Origin: Pseudomonadota bacterium
Lineage (GTDB): Bacteria > Pseudomonadota > Gammaproteobacteria > Xanthomonadales > Rhodanobacteraceae
Assembly (NCBI GenBank): GCA_018241145.1
Contig: JAFEEJ010000264.1
Span: 5,737-69,736, forward strand
Reading direction: 5' to 3'
DNA: 64,000 nt
This document shows positions 37,717 through 52,878 of this stretch, piece after piece (position 1 is the stretch's first letter; each line of letters starts with the position of its first letter). The notes beneath the pieces are model-generated. The model did no database searches. It was not told the origin of the DNA and saw only the letters and a program-made list of their open reading frames with translations. The translations under genes were made by a program, and so were the position numbers.

Positions 37717-37772
37717 CCGCTCACCGCTCACCGCTCGCCGCTCGCCGCTCACCGCTCACCGCTCACCGCTCA
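37717..37772. repeat. heptanucleotide tandem repeat (CCGCTCA/CCGCTCG) x8
   Basis: The unit order is ccgctca x2, ccgctcg x2, ccgctca x4. The tract lies between the convergent 3' ends of sppA and a small lipoprotein gene. Confidence 0.95.
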
Positions 37773-37824
37773 CGCGACGCAGCCTTCCTGTCGCCGGCCA
37801 CGCGGCTCCCGCGCGGCTCGCTCG

Positions 37825-38115
37825 TCAATGCGACTGGTCGTCGATCGCCTGATCCTGTTTCGCGGCCTGCTTGTCCACCACGCCCTGCACGGCTTTCGCG
37901 CGGTTGCGGTCCTTCAGCAACGGGCCGAGCGGCGAGTTCATCGCCACGCTCGATGCGGCCTGCGGTTGCGGCAAGTTTTTCGGCTGCGGCGGCTGCGGAC
38001 TGTGCGGCGAGCACGCGCACAACGCAATGCTCAGCAACAGCGAGAATGAAATTGAAAAGTGCGGCCATGGATGGCCGCTTTCACGCGCAGGGATAGCGCA
38101 CAAACGTTGTTTCAT
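37825..38115 (-). CDS. small putative lipoprotein (hypothetical)
   Basis: The 96-aa product has the hydrophobic stretch FSISFSLLLSIALCAC (lipobox-like LCAC) followed by a Pro/Gln-rich region. The start is ATG (CAT at 38113-38115), with an unusually long n-region. Confidence 0.45.
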   Translation of the reverse strand: MKQRLCAIPARESGHPWPHFSISFSLLLSIALCACSPHSPQPPQPKNLPQPQAASSVAMNSPLGPLLKDRNRAKAVQGVVDKQAAKQDQAIDDQSH

Positions 38116-38238
38116 GGCGAATGTCCTGCAATCCGTCGCAGTCTCGCGCGCGAGGCGTTGCCGCGCAAGCTGCGCTAACCTCGCTCTCGAACCCGGCCAA
38201 GATTTTCGCCACGTATCCACTCACCGGAGTCGTTGCGC

Positions 38239-39024
38239 ATGAACAACGCGCATCTTTCCCGCTGGCGGCTGGACGGACAGGTCGCGCTGGTCACCGGCGC
38301 CAGCCGCGGCATCGGCCTGGCCTGCGCGCGCGAGTTGGCCGCGCTCGGCGCAAGCCCGCTGCTGGTGGCGCGCGACGAGGCGCAACTGGATGCCGCCTGC
38401 GAGGAGATCGCCGAGGATTTCCCCGACAGCGAGCCGCGCTCCTTCGCCGCCGATCTGGCCGAAGCCGAGGAACGGCTGGCGGTGTTCGACTGGATCGCCG
38501 ATCTCGGCGCGCCGCTGTCGCTGCTGGTCAACAACGCCGGCGGCAACATCAAGAAGCCGACGCTCGAGTACACCGCCGAGGATCTGCACAAGTTGCTCGA
38601 ACTGAACCTCGTCGCGGCGTTCGACCTGTGCCGCCTGGCGCATCCGCAACTGGCGCAGCACGGCAATGCCGCGATCGTGAACATCGGTTCGGTGTCGGGG
38701 GCCACGCACGTGCGCACCGGCGCGCCGTACGGCATCAGCAAGGCCGCGTTGCACCAGATGACCCGCAACCTCGCCTGCGAATGGGCCGAAGACGGCATCC
38801 GCGTCAACGCGGTGGCGCCGTGGTACATCCGCACGCAGCGCACCGGGCCGGCCTTGAGCGATCCGGAATACCTGGACGAAGTGCTGCAACGCACGCCGAT
38901 GGGGCGCATCGGCGAACCGGAGGAAGTCGCGGGCGCCGTCGCGTTCCTGTGCACGCCCGCGGCGAGCTACATCACCGGCGAGGTGGTCGCGGTGGATGGC
39001 GGGTTCCTGCGCCACGGGTTCTGA
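38239..39024 (+). CDS. SDR family oxidoreductase (tropinone-reductase-like)
   Basis: [15 protein letters not shown] and the catalytic YGISKAAL are present. The ATG is at 38239. Confidence 0.85.
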   Translation: MNNAHLSRWRLDGQVALVTGASRGIGLACARELAALGASPLLVARDEAQLDAACEEIAEDFPDSEPRSFAADLAEAEERLAVFDWIADLGAPLSLLVNNAGGNIKKPTLEYTAEDLHKLLELNLVAAFDLCRLAHPQLAQHGNAAIVNIGSVSGATHVRTGAPYGISKAALHQMTRNLACEWAEDGIRVNAVAPWYIRTQRTGPALSDPEYLDEVLQRTPMGRIGEPEEVAGAVAFLCTPAASYITGEVVAVDGGFLRHGF

Positions 39025-39025
39025 A

Positions 39026-39526
39026 ATGTTCTTCGATCACATCGAAACGCCTATCGGGCCGCTGCTGCTGGTCGCGGACGAACACGGCTTGACGTACATC
39101 GGCTTGCCGCGTCGCGGTGTTGCGCAGAAGGCTCCGGAAGACGCGCGGCACGCGCCGTTGAAATTGCGCGCCGCGCAGAAGCAGTTCGAGGAATATTTCG
39201 CCGGTGCGAGGCGGGCGTTCGACCTGCCGTTGCATCCGCACGGCACGCCGTTCCAGCTGGAAGTCTGGGGCGCGTTGCTGGCGATTCCCTACGGCGAGAC
39301 CACCAGCTATGCGCAAATCGCGCGGCGCATCCGGCGGCCCAATGCGGTGCGCGCGGTCGGTGCGGCCAATGGCGCCAATCCGCTGGCGATCATCGTGCCC
39401 TGCCACCGCGTGATCGGCAGCGACGGCGATCTCACCGGTTACGGCGGCGGCCTGCCGGCGAAGCGCTGGCTGCTGGCGCACGAGCGCAGGTTTGCCCCTC
39501 GAACGAAGCTCGTGCTGGAGCCGTAA
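39026..39526 (+). CDS. ogt: methylated-DNA--protein-cysteine methyltransferase
   Basis: The active site IVPCHRVIGSDG and YGETTSYAQIA are present. The ATG lies 1 nt after the upstream stop. Confidence 0.9.
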   Translation: MFFDHIETPIGPLLLVADEHGLTYIGLPRRGVAQKAPEDARHAPLKLRAAQKQFEEYFAGARRAFDLPLHPHGTPFQLEVWGALLAIPYGETTSYAQIARRIRRPNAVRAVGAANGANPLAIIVPCHRVIGSDGDLTGYGGGLPAKRWLLAHERRFAPRTKLVLEP

Positions 39527-39535
39527 GCCCCGCGA

Positions 39536-40189
39536 TCAGCAGCCCTGCATCTGCGCGTGCAACTGGTCCTCGCGCTGTTGCAGCGGCGGCTGTTCGCTGG
39601 GAAACGCCATCTTCAATTTCCGGTGGTTGGCATCGAAGCGGCGTTGCAGCTCCTCGCACACCTGTGCCGGCGAAGCGGGGTGGCAATCGTCCTGCACCTG
39701 CACGTACGCGTTGGCCAGCAGCGGACCTCCGACCGTCGGCTTGCGCGCTTCCCCGGGCGCCGACATGCCCAGGCGATCCGGGCCGCCGTAAGCCTGGTCG
39801 AGGCTCTTGCCGGGCGCGCCCAGCACGCCCATCGGCACGGTGTACGGGCCCGGGAGCGTATCGCTCAGGTATTGCCGCTGGTCGTCGTACCGCGTGCAGG
39901 CGTACATCGCGGGCAGCGGTGCCGGCGCCGGAAGCGGTGTCATCGGCATCGCGACGGACGGGGCCGGTGCTGGCGCGGGCGAAGAACTGCCCGAGGCGGG
40001 AACCGACGACACCATCGGCGCATCCTGCAACGAAACCGTGGCCTGCTTCTGGCGGGGCGGGCAGGGCTTGTCCTGATAGCTCACCGCACCGTCACGTGCG
40101 ATGCACCGGTAGATCTGCACCGCATGGGCCGCCGTGCAGGCCCCGAGGAGCAACACTGCGACAATCCACGCGCGCGGGATCACGGTCAT
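39536..40189 (-). CDS. DUF4124 domain-containing periplasmic protein
   Basis: A signal peptide is followed by VQIYRCIARDGAVSYQDKPCP, the DUF4124 signature. Confidence 0.75.
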   Translation of the reverse strand: MTVIPRAWIVAVLLLGACTAAHAVQIYRCIARDGAVSYQDKPCPPRQKQATVSLQDAPMVSSVPASGSSSPAPAPAPSVAMPMTPLPAPAPLPAMYACTRYDDQRQYLSDTLPGPYTVPMGVLGAPGKSLDQAYGGPDRLGMSAPGEARKPTVGGPLLANAYVQVQDDCHPASPAQVCEELQRRFDANHRKLKMAFPSEQPPLQQREDQLHAQMQGC

Positions 40190-40285
40190 CGTCGCATCGT
40201 ACGCGCAGGCGCGTCCGATGACCTGAATGCCCCGTCACGCGCGGCTGCAACATTGCCCGGTAAAATCGGCGGCCGGGAGAAGGCA

Positions 40286-41998
40286 ATGCACCGTCGGATT
40301 TTCGTCTGTCGATTGGCCGGGCTGCTGCTCCTGCTGTCGCCGGTGGCGGCCGTGTCCGCGACCTTGCGCGTTTCGCAACTTCCGGCGACGGCCGATTCGC
40401 CGCCGTTGCAGGCGGCGACCGTCATCGGCGGCGGCATGGATGCGCATTTTGCACCCATGGCTCGACCGCTGCTGCGCGCGCCGGATGCGCGGGTGGCCTG
40501 GTACCGCCTGCAATTGACGCGGGACTGGGACGGTGCCACGCCTCCGCTGCTGCTGATCGGCGGCGATACGCGGGCGCGGGTCGTGGCGTACCTGCCGCCG
40601 GACTATTCGGCGCATCCGGTCAGCCCCTACGATGCGCATCTCGATCCGCGCTTCTCGCGGCACGCGCTGGTATTGCCGTTGCCCGGCGATCTTCGCGCGG
40701 ACCAGCCGGTGTATCTGGAAACGGGTGCGCCGGGACAGAGCCAGCCCCTGCGGGTGGGTGTCGCGGATTACGCGGGGTATCAGGCCGGCGATTTGAACCA
40801 CGTGCGCCTCAGCACCCTGTTCGCGGCGGTGCAGGCGTCGATGCTGATGGTGATCCTGTGCTTCTGGCTGGTGTTGCGCGACCGGATGTTCCTGTACTTC
40901 CTCGCGTACATGACGGCGCAGGTGGTATACCAGCTGGCTTCCTCGGGCGAGCTGTACGCATTGCCCGGCGTGGCCGGATTGCTGGAGTCGCTGCGCTATC
41001 ACCCCGGGCAGTTCGCGGCGATCCTGGCGGCGGCGCTGTCGATCAGTTTCATCCTCGAATTCGCCGACCTGCCCGCCTACGTGCCGCGGCTGGCGCGCGC
41101 ATTGAGTTGGCTGCGCTGGCCGTATTTCCTGTTCGCGGTCGTGTTGTGGATTCCGGCCCTGCAACCGGATGCCTGGTTGCCGAACATGGTGAACCTGCTG
41201 ATCGTGGTCAGCACCTTGCTGGCGCTGGTCGCGGCCTGGCGCGCGTGGCGGCTGGGCAGCCGACAGGCGGGATTCTTCCTGATCGCATGGGTGCCGCTGC
41301 TGATGCTGACACTGCTGCGCGTCGCGCAGTTGGTCGGCGGCTGGCCGCTGCCGGCGTGGCTGGAATACGGTTTTCCGGCCAGCATGGCCTACGCCGCCGT
41401 GGTGATCACGGTGGGGCTCGCCGATCGCACCCTGCAGGTGCGCCACGTACGCGACCATGCGCATCGCATGGCGGAATTCGACGCGCTCACCGGTGTGCTC
41501 AAGCGCGGCGGGATCCTGAGCCGCCTGCACGAGGCATGGGAAGCCGCACGCAGGGATGGCCAGACCGTGGCGGTGCTGTTCCTGGACCTCGACCATTTCA
41601 AGCGCATCAACGACACGCGCGGGCATGCCGCGGGCGATGCCTGCCTGCGCGCCGTGGTCGGGGCGATCCAGGAACAACTCGGCGCTTCCGACCGGCTGGG
41701 CCGTTACGGCGGCGAGGAATTCCTGGTGGTTCTGCGCTGGGTCAGCGCGCAAGTCGCGCAGCAAGTGGCGGAACGCATCGTCGCGCGCGCGGCCAACCTG
41801 CGCGTGCCGATCGGCGACCAGCCGGTGGAACTGACCGTGAGCATCGGCGTGGCGGTGATGCAGCCGGACACGCCCAGTCCGGAGACCCTGGTCGAATGCG
41901 CGGACACCGCGCAGTACCGCGCCAAGGCGCTCGGCCGCAACCGCGTGGTGATGTATCGCCGCGAAGACTTGGCCGCTGCGGTGACCCAGCCCGGTTGA
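40286..41998 (+). CDS. 7TM-DISM sensor diguanylate cyclase (GGDEF domain)
   Basis: A signal peptide and periplasmic DISMED2-like region are followed by seven TM helices and a GGDEF domain (DALTGVLKRGG, FLDLDHFKRIND, RYGGEEF). The RxxD I-site position reads GASD. Confidence 0.85.
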   Translation: MHRRIFVCRLAGLLLLLSPVAAVSATLRVSQLPATADSPPLQAATVIGGGMDAHFAPMARPLLRAPDARVAWYRLQLTRDWDGATPPLLLIGGDTRARVVAYLPPDYSAHPVSPYDAHLDPRFSRHALVLPLPGDLRADQPVYLETGAPGQSQPLRVGVADYAGYQAGDLNHVRLSTLFAAVQASMLMVILCFWLVLRDRMFLYFLAYMTAQVVYQLASSGELYALPGVAGLLESLRYHPGQFAAILAAALSISFILEFADLPAYVPRLARALSWLRWPYFLFAVVLWIPALQPDAWLPNMVNLLIVVSTLLALVAAWRAWRLGSRQAGFFLIAWVPLLMLTLLRVAQLVGGWPLPAWLEYGFPASMAYAAVVITVGLADRTLQVRHVRDHAHRMAEFDALTGVLKRGGILSRLHEAWEAARRDGQTVAVLFLDLDHFKRINDTRGHAAGDACLRAVVGAIQEQLGASDRLGRYGGEEFLVVLRWVSAQVAQQVAERIVARAANLRVPIGDQPVELTVSIGVAVMQPDTPSPETLVECADTAQYRAKALGRNRVVMYRREDLAAAVTQPG

Positions 41999-42024
41999 GC
42001 GACGCTGCGGTTATCATTGGAAGG

Positions 42025-42567
42025 ATGACGCTGCATGCCCACGACGTGGTGGAATTCTGGCGTGCCGCGGGCCCGCGACGCTGGTTCGCGCGCGACGCGG
42101 CGTTCGACGCCGACTGCAGGACGCGTTTCCTCGACGCGCACCACGCGGCGGCGCGCCGGGAATTCGAGGCGTGGATGGGCGATCCGGACGGCGCACTCGC
42201 CTTGCTGATCCTGCTGGACCAGATTCCGCGCAACATCTTCCGCGGCAGCGCGCATTCGTATGCCACCGACGGACTGGCGCGCGAATATGCGCGACGCGCG
42301 ATCGAAGCGGGCTTCGACGCCGCCACGGCGCCGGAGTTGCGCGCGTTTTTCTACCTGCCGTTCGAGCATTCCGAAGACATCGCCGACCAGGAACGCTCGC
42401 TGGACTTGCATCGCGCGCTGCCCGGCGACGATCCCGCGCACTGGGCGCGCCTGCACCACGACATCATCCGCCGCTTCGGCCGTTTTCCGCACCGCAATGC
42501 CGCGCTGGGCCGGGCATCCACGCCGGAAGAACAGGCGTTTCTGGAAGGCGGCGGATTCGCGGGGTGA
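42025..42567 (+). CDS. DUF924 family protein
   Basis: FWF-type N-terminus and the motifs LLILLDQIPRNIFRG, YLPFEHSE, and IIRRFGRFPHRNAALGR. Confidence 0.85.
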   Translation: MTLHAHDVVEFWRAAGPRRWFARDAAFDADCRTRFLDAHHAAARREFEAWMGDPDGALALLILLDQIPRNIFRGSAHSYATDGLAREYARRAIEAGFDAATAPELRAFFYLPFEHSEDIADQERSLDLHRALPGDDPAHWARLHHDIIRRFGRFPHRNAALGRASTPEEQAFLEGGGFAG

Positions 42568-42687
42568 ACCGCAGGCTTTCGCGGCGCGCCCGACATCGCG
42601 TGCGGGCGTGGACGGCGATGCTTGTCCCAGGGCCGTTGCGGTTGCCGCGATCACGCACGCATCGCTGCGCGCGGACATGCAGGCGAC

Positions 42688-43296
42688 TCATCGCCGCAGG
42701 ATCGTCGCGGCCACCGGCGCAATCGCGTCCACCCAGCGCGCATACTGCGCGTCATCCGGGTGCAGCCCGTCGGCGACGAGCGATTCGCGATGATGCGGGT
42801 CGCGCGAAATGCCGGTGACGTCCGCCCAGCGCGTGGACGCGGATTGCGCGATCCCGCATGCGGCGTGGTTGAACGCATCGATCTGCGTGGCGATGGCCCC
42901 GGCATCGCGTTTGTCCGCGCGCGCAAACCGGGTGATGCCCCAATCGGGGATCGAAACGACCAGCACGCGTTCCGGATCATCGCCGGCCAGCGCGACGGCG
43001 CGCGCCAGCAGTGCGCGGAATTGCCCGCGATATTCGTCCAGCGGCAGGCCGCGATACTGGTTGTTGACGCCGATCAGCAGCGTGACCAGATCGTACGGGG
43101 GATCGAAGCCGGATTCGTCCATCGCGGCCGACAATTCGCCGGTGGTCCAGCCTGTGCGCGCGATGATGCGCGGCTCGTCGACCGCGATGCCTTGCCCGTG
43201 CAACCGCGCCACCAGTTGCGCCGGCCAGCGTTCCTGCGCGGCCACGCCCTCGCCGATGGTGTAGGAATCGCCCAGTGCCAGGAATTGCGCAGGCAT
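42688..43296 (-). CDS. SGNH/GDSL hydrolase family protein
   Basis: Block I is LALGDSYTIG, block III GVNN, and block V DGLHP. Confidence 0.85.
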   Translation of the reverse strand: MPAQFLALGDSYTIGEGVAAQERWPAQLVARLHGQGIAVDEPRIIARTGWTTGELSAAMDESGFDPPYDLVTLLIGVNNQYRGLPLDEYRGQFRALLARAVALAGDDPERVLVVSIPDWGITRFARADKRDAGAIATQIDAFNHAACGIAQSASTRWADVTGISRDPHHRESLVADGLHPDDAQYARWVDAIAPVAATILRR

Positions 43297-43509
43297 CGCT
43301 CAGGTTGCCCGTGGCCGCGGCATTCCGTCGGCACGCAGCGCTGAGCGCTGGATCGCGTGATGCGCTTGCGCGCGCCGGAGTCCGGCCGTTGCGCCGCCTT
43401 CCATCGATGGGATTCCGCCGCCGTGGGGACGCCGCATCCTAGCAGCGTGGCATGGCGCACTGCCGACGGGACGCGCCTCGCGCGGAAGGAAAGCGGCGAT
43501 AATCCGCCC

Positions 43510-44607
43510 GTGGCGAAAGTCGAATCCCCGACGGATCCCGTGCGCATCGGCTGGCGCGGCGCGTTGCCGCCGTTGCACGGCACGCAGCGGCTTGCGCGCG
43601 TCAGCGCCCAGCACCGCGCCGGCTACGAAGTGCACGATGGTGCGCGCGCCTTCAACGCACAACCCGCGCCACGCTTCCTGAAACGCGGCATCGACCCGGC
43701 CGAACGCCCGGCGGTCGGCGACTTCGTCATCATCGACCTGCCGACCGAAGCGGGCGACGCGCCGCCGCACATCGTCGAAGTGCTGCCGCGGCGCGGTGCG
43801 CTGACGCGCGCCGCCGCGGGCGAGCGCTACGGGCGCCAGGTCATCGCCGCCAACATCGACGTGGTGCTGGTGCTGATGGGCCTGGATGGCCGGCCCAATT
43901 CAAGATCCATCAATCCCGCGCGCGCGGAGCGCTATCTCGCGCTGATCGAAGGCTCGCACGCGCAAGCCGTGATCGTGCTGACCAAGTCCGACAAGGTCGA
44001 AGCCGAGTGGGTGGACGAAGCCCTGCAACAACTTGCGGCGCGGCTGCCCGCGGGCACCCCGCTGCACGCGATCAACGGCAAGGACGCGTGCAGCGTTGCC
44101 GTGCTCGATGGATACCTGAAGCCCGGCGTCACCGCCGTGCTGGTCGGATCCTCCGGCGCCGGCAAGTCCACGCTGACCAACACCTTGCTGGGCGAAGCAC
44201 GCATGGCGACGGCCGCCACCCGTGCAAGCGACGACCGCGGGCGGCACACCACCACGCATCGCGCGTTGTTGTTGTTGCCGAGCGGCGCCTGCCTGATCGA
44301 CACGCCCGGCATGCGCGAACTGAAACTCACCGGCGAGGAAGGCCTGGATGTCTTCGCCGACATCGACGCGCTGGCGACGCGTTGCCGCTTCGCCGATTGC
44401 GGGCACGGCAACGAGCCGGGTTGCGCCGTGCGTGCGGCGATCGACGCCGGCGAACTGGACGCCGCGCGTTTCACGCATTACCTCAAGCTGGACAGCGAAC
44501 GCGGCCAGCAGACCGAAGCGCTGGAAGCGCAATTGCACCGCAAGGCGCAAGCCAAGGTGCAGACGCGCGCACTGCGCCAGTTGTATCGCGACCGCGAGCG
44601 CAAATGA
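43510..44607 (+). CDS. rsgA: ribosome small-subunit-dependent GTPase A
   Basis: VIAANIDVVLVLMGLD, LTKSDK, GSSGAGKSTLTNTLLG, the SRGRHTTT-like sequence DRGRHTTTH, and a zinc motif CRFADCGHGNEPGC are present. The GTG at 43510 was chosen by length comparison, and the start is uncertain (the ORF is open from 43357). Confidence 0.85.
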   Translation: MAKVESPTDPVRIGWRGALPPLHGTQRLARVSAQHRAGYEVHDGARAFNAQPAPRFLKRGIDPAERPAVGDFVIIDLPTEAGDAPPHIVEVLPRRGALTRAAAGERYGRQVIAANIDVVLVLMGLDGRPNSRSINPARAERYLALIEGSHAQAVIVLTKSDKVEAEWVDEALQQLAARLPAGTPLHAINGKDACSVAVLDGYLKPGVTAVLVGSSGAGKSTLTNTLLGEARMATAATRASDDRGRHTTTHRALLLLPSGACLIDTPGMRELKLTGEEGLDVFADIDALATRCRFADCGHGNEPGCAVRAAIDAGELDAARFTHYLKLDSERGQQTEALEAQLHRKAQAKVQTRALRQLYRDRERK

Positions 44608-45860
44608 ACAAGGCCGTGCCGCCCGGGTGTTCCCGCTATGCCGCGCTGGACAAGCGCCTGATCGAAGCGGTGCGCGGCGTGCACGTACTGGGAGCGGTGG
44701 CGTGGCCGGCATCGGCGGAACGGAGGTTCCTGGAAAATCTCGCGCGCGGGCGCGAGGTGCTGCCGAAGATCGAATACGCGCGTCGCGATCTTTCCGCGCA
44801 GCGCGCCGAACTGGAAGCGATCGCGGCGGCGGCGGACCCGGCGCATCCGCTGGGTGATTACATCGTGCGCAGCGCGCGCTCCTGGGCGGTCGCCGCCTCG
44901 ATGCTGGAAGCGATCGGCAGCCGCGCGGTCACCGCGTTGTCGATCGAGCTGTACGGCCGTCCCGGCGATCCGCTGCCGGGAAGTTCGCGGACCAACCTCG
45001 ACGCCGCGAAGTATTTCCTGCAGATCGCGGAGGAACTCGGCGACGGGCTCGCCGCGGACGAGATCGACTACTGCCTGTCCGCGCAGACCATGCGCGACGA
45101 CATCCAGTGCGAGGTCGACGCGTTCTTCGGCGCCGGCATCGTGAAGGTGGAGATCGATCCCGACCTGACCGCCAAGGCCGCCGCCGGCGCCACGCGCATC
45201 CGCCTGCGTCCGGCCACCTGCTACTCCGGATACGACCGCAGCCAGTTGCTCGCGCACGAGGTCTTCGTGCACACGCTGACCGCGATCAACGGACGCGCAC
45301 AGCCGGTGCTGAAATCGCTGTCGCGCGCCTCGCCGCGCGCCACCGCGACCCAGGAGGGGCTGGCGGTGTTCGCCGAGGTGATGTCCGGCTCGATCGACAT
45401 CGCGCGCCTGAAGCGCATCAGCCTGCGCATCCTCGCGATCGAGCGCGCGCTCGCGGGCGCCGATTTCATCGAGGTCTTCCGTTTCTTCCGCGGGCACGGA
45501 CAGGGCGACGCCGACAGCTTCCACTCGACGCAACGCGTGTTCCGCGGCGTTCCGCTGGACGGCGGCGCGGCGTTCGCCAAGGACAACGTCTACCTGGCCG
45601 GGCTGCTGACGGTGCACACGTTCTTCCGCTGGGCGTTCAAGCGCGGCCGGCTGGACCTGCTGCGCAACCTGTTCGCGGGAAAATTCGCGCTGGAAGACGT
45701 GATCCGGCTGGCGCCATGTTTCGCCGACGGTTCGCTCGGCGCGCCTGTCCATGTGCCGCCCTGGGTACAGGCCGCGCACGGACTGGCCGGCAAACTCGCG
45801 TTCTCGCTGTTCGCCAACAAGATCCGGATGGGCAAGATCGGGCAGTGGGATCCGGCGTGA
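44604..45860 (+). CDS. DUF1704 / flavohemoglobin expression-modulating QEGLA-motif protein
   Basis: It contains HEVFVH and TQEGLAVFAE (the QEGLA motif). Its ATG overlaps the rsgA stop (ATGA). Confidence 0.8.
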   Translation: MNKAVPPGCSRYAALDKRLIEAVRGVHVLGAVAWPASAERRFLENLARGREVLPKIEYARRDLSAQRAELEAIAAAADPAHPLGDYIVRSARSWAVAASMLEAIGSRAVTALSIELYGRPGDPLPGSSRTNLDAAKYFLQIAEELGDGLAADEIDYCLSAQTMRDDIQCEVDAFFGAGIVKVEIDPDLTAKAAAGATRIRLRPATCYSGYDRSQLLAHEVFVHTLTAINGRAQPVLKSLSRASPRATATQEGLAVFAEVMSGSIDIARLKRISLRILAIERALAGADFIEVFRFFRGHGQGDADSFHSTQRVFRGVPLDGGAAFAKDNVYLAGLLTVHTFFRWAFKRGRLDLLRNLFAGKFALEDVIRLAPCFADGSLGAPVHVPPWVQAAHGLAGKLAFSLFANKIRMGKIGQWDPA

Positions 45861-45943
45861 GGGTCGCGTTCCAGCCCTTGCGCCGCAAGGCTTTGCGGGA
45901 CCGCGTGTTATAGTCATCGGCCGCGCCCGGCATCGACGCAACC

Positions 45944-48247
<2,304 letters not shown>

Positions 48248-48253
48248 TCGAAA

Positions 48254-51046
<2,793 letters not shown>

Positions 51047-51052
51047 CGCGCT

Positions 51053-52657
51053 TCACTCCGCCATCGCGCGCTGGATCGCTTCCAGCGCGCGGCCGCGGGT
51101 TTCGATGCCGCTGCGCATCAGCATGACCCCGGAAATCGCCAGCGGGATGGCGATCACGATCGCGGACACGGTGAAGTCGTCGAACACGCCGAGCACGCCC
51201 AGTCCCGCGCCGAGGATGCCGCCGGCTTTCGAGCTGGCGGCGATCACGCCGGAGCCCGTGCCGCGCAGGTGCACCGGATAGATTTCCGCCGCGTACGGAA
51301 TCATCGTCGCGATCACGCCGCTGATGCCGATCAGCAGCGTGACGGTACCGCCGATCGTCGCGGCGCCGGATCGCAGGTGCAGCACCTCGATCGCGAGGAA
51401 CGCCAGCAGCGCCACCACGGTCAGCGCGATGAACAGCACCAGCGTGCGGATGCTGCTCCAGCGCTGGTACAGCCACACGACCAGCGCGATGCCGGGTATC
51501 GCGAGCAACGCGGATTTCGCCATCAGCGTGCTGGCGCCTTGCGCGTCCGCACCGAGCTTCATCAGGTTGCCGGGCAGCCACAGCAGGAAACCGAAATTGG
51601 CCAGGCCCCACGCCAGCCCGCATACGCCCAGGCCCGCGCTGATGCGCGCGTAACGGCCGTGCAGCAATTCGCGCACCTCGGCGACGGGATGCACGATTTC
51701 CAGGATATGCGTGTCTTCGCCCGGCCCCGCGTCCGTCACCAGCGCTCCCTTCGAACCGGCGAAACGCGCCAGCACCGCGCGCGCTTCGTCGTTCAGTCCG
51801 CTGTTGGAAAGGAAGCGCGGCGATTCGGGAATGTAGCGGTTGAGGAACACGATCAGCGCGCCGGTCGGCAGGTTCAGCAGCCACAGCACGCGCCAGGAAA
51901 AAACCGGTTCCAGCAAGGTTGCCGCGCCGGAGGCCGCGAGATAACCCGCCGAGGTGCCGACACCGCCCAGCGCCACCAGCAACCAGCCGCGATGCGCGGT
52001 GGGGATGGTTTCCGCCATCAGCGTGAACGCTATCGGCAGCATGCCGCCGGCCGCCGCGCCCATCATGAAACACATCACCAGGTTCCACGAGAACGAAGGC
52101 ATGGTTCCGCAAATCGCGGTGCCCATGAACATGATCGCCGACAGCAGGATCGCCGCGCGCCGGCCGAACAGGTCGGCGATGCGGCCCCACACGACCGAAC
52201 CCACCGCGGTGCCGGTCAGCGCCGACAACGCGAGATAGCCCGCCTTGGACGACGTGATCGCGTATTCGTGCGCCAGGCCCGGCATCACGAAGGCGATCGA
52301 AGCGGGCTTCATCACGTCCACCGTCAACGCCACCGCCAGCACGATCACCAGCTTCCAGTGCTCGATGTTCAGCGGCACGCCGTCGGCGATGTGGAAATGC
52401 AGGTTGCCGTGCCCGTGCATGCTCTGCCGCATCTGGTCGACGCGCGGCATCAGGCCGTAACCCGCCAGCAGCACGCCGCAGGGAATCAGGCCCATGCCGA
52501 TCGACATCGGCGTGTCCATCGCCATGCCCGCGAGGTGGTAATGCATCGGCGCGGCCATGATGTACATCGGCATGTGCAGCAGCACGCCCGCCGTCACGGC
52601 GACGCAACCGATCCAGAACGCCAGCGGATGATGGAAGGCGATGCCCTGGACTTTCAT
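51053..52657 (-). CDS. MFS transporter with an N-terminal extension (two extra TM helices)
   Basis: GRIADLFGRR is the MFS motif A. About 14 TM segments are present. The ATG (CAT at 52655-52657) was chosen ahead of the first TM segment. Confidence 0.8.
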   Translation of the reverse strand: MKVQGIAFHHPLAFWIGCVAVTAGVLLHMPMYIMAAPMHYHLAGMAMDTPMSIGMGLIPCGVLLAGYGLMPRVDQMRQSMHGHGNLHFHIADGVPLNIEHWKLVIVLAVALTVDVMKPASIAFVMPGLAHEYAITSSKAGYLALSALTGTAVGSVVWGRIADLFGRRAAILLSAIMFMGTAICGTMPSFSWNLVMCFMMGAAAGGMLPIAFTLMAETIPTAHRGWLLVALGGVGTSAGYLAASGAATLLEPVFSWRVLWLLNLPTGALIVFLNRYIPESPRFLSNSGLNDEARAVLARFAGSKGALVTDAGPGEDTHILEIVHPVAEVRELLHGRYARISAGLGVCGLAWGLANFGFLLWLPGNLMKLGADAQGASTLMAKSALLAIPGIALVVWLYQRWSSIRTLVLFIALTVVALLAFLAIEVLHLRSGAATIGGTVTLLIGISGVIATMIPYAAEIYPVHLRGTGSGVIAASSKAGGILGAGLGVLGVFDDFTVSAIVIAIPLAISGVMLMRSGIETRGRALEAIQRAMAE

Positions 52658-52878
52658 CGTCGTGGCTTGCCGCAAAAAAGAGCGATTAGCGTAGCAGGCG
52701 CATCCATCCGGGCGGCGCGAATGAACGCGCCTGGATGCAGCGACCGGGATGTAAGACATGACGGGTCGAACGGGTAATCGGTTGCATCGGACGAGGACTA
52801 CACACGCCGGCGGATCGCGCCGATGGCCGGTCCAATCGCTGCGCGCGATTATCCGGCTTCGCAACGGGGAACCAGACG

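Noticed and set aside
43357-43509. A longer RsgA N-terminus starting at 43357.
   Set aside because: The extra 51 aa are Arg/Ala/Pro-rich, have no counterpart in RsgA proteins I recall, and would leave almost no divergent promoter space. The GTG at 43510 gives a typical length, but the start remains unverified.
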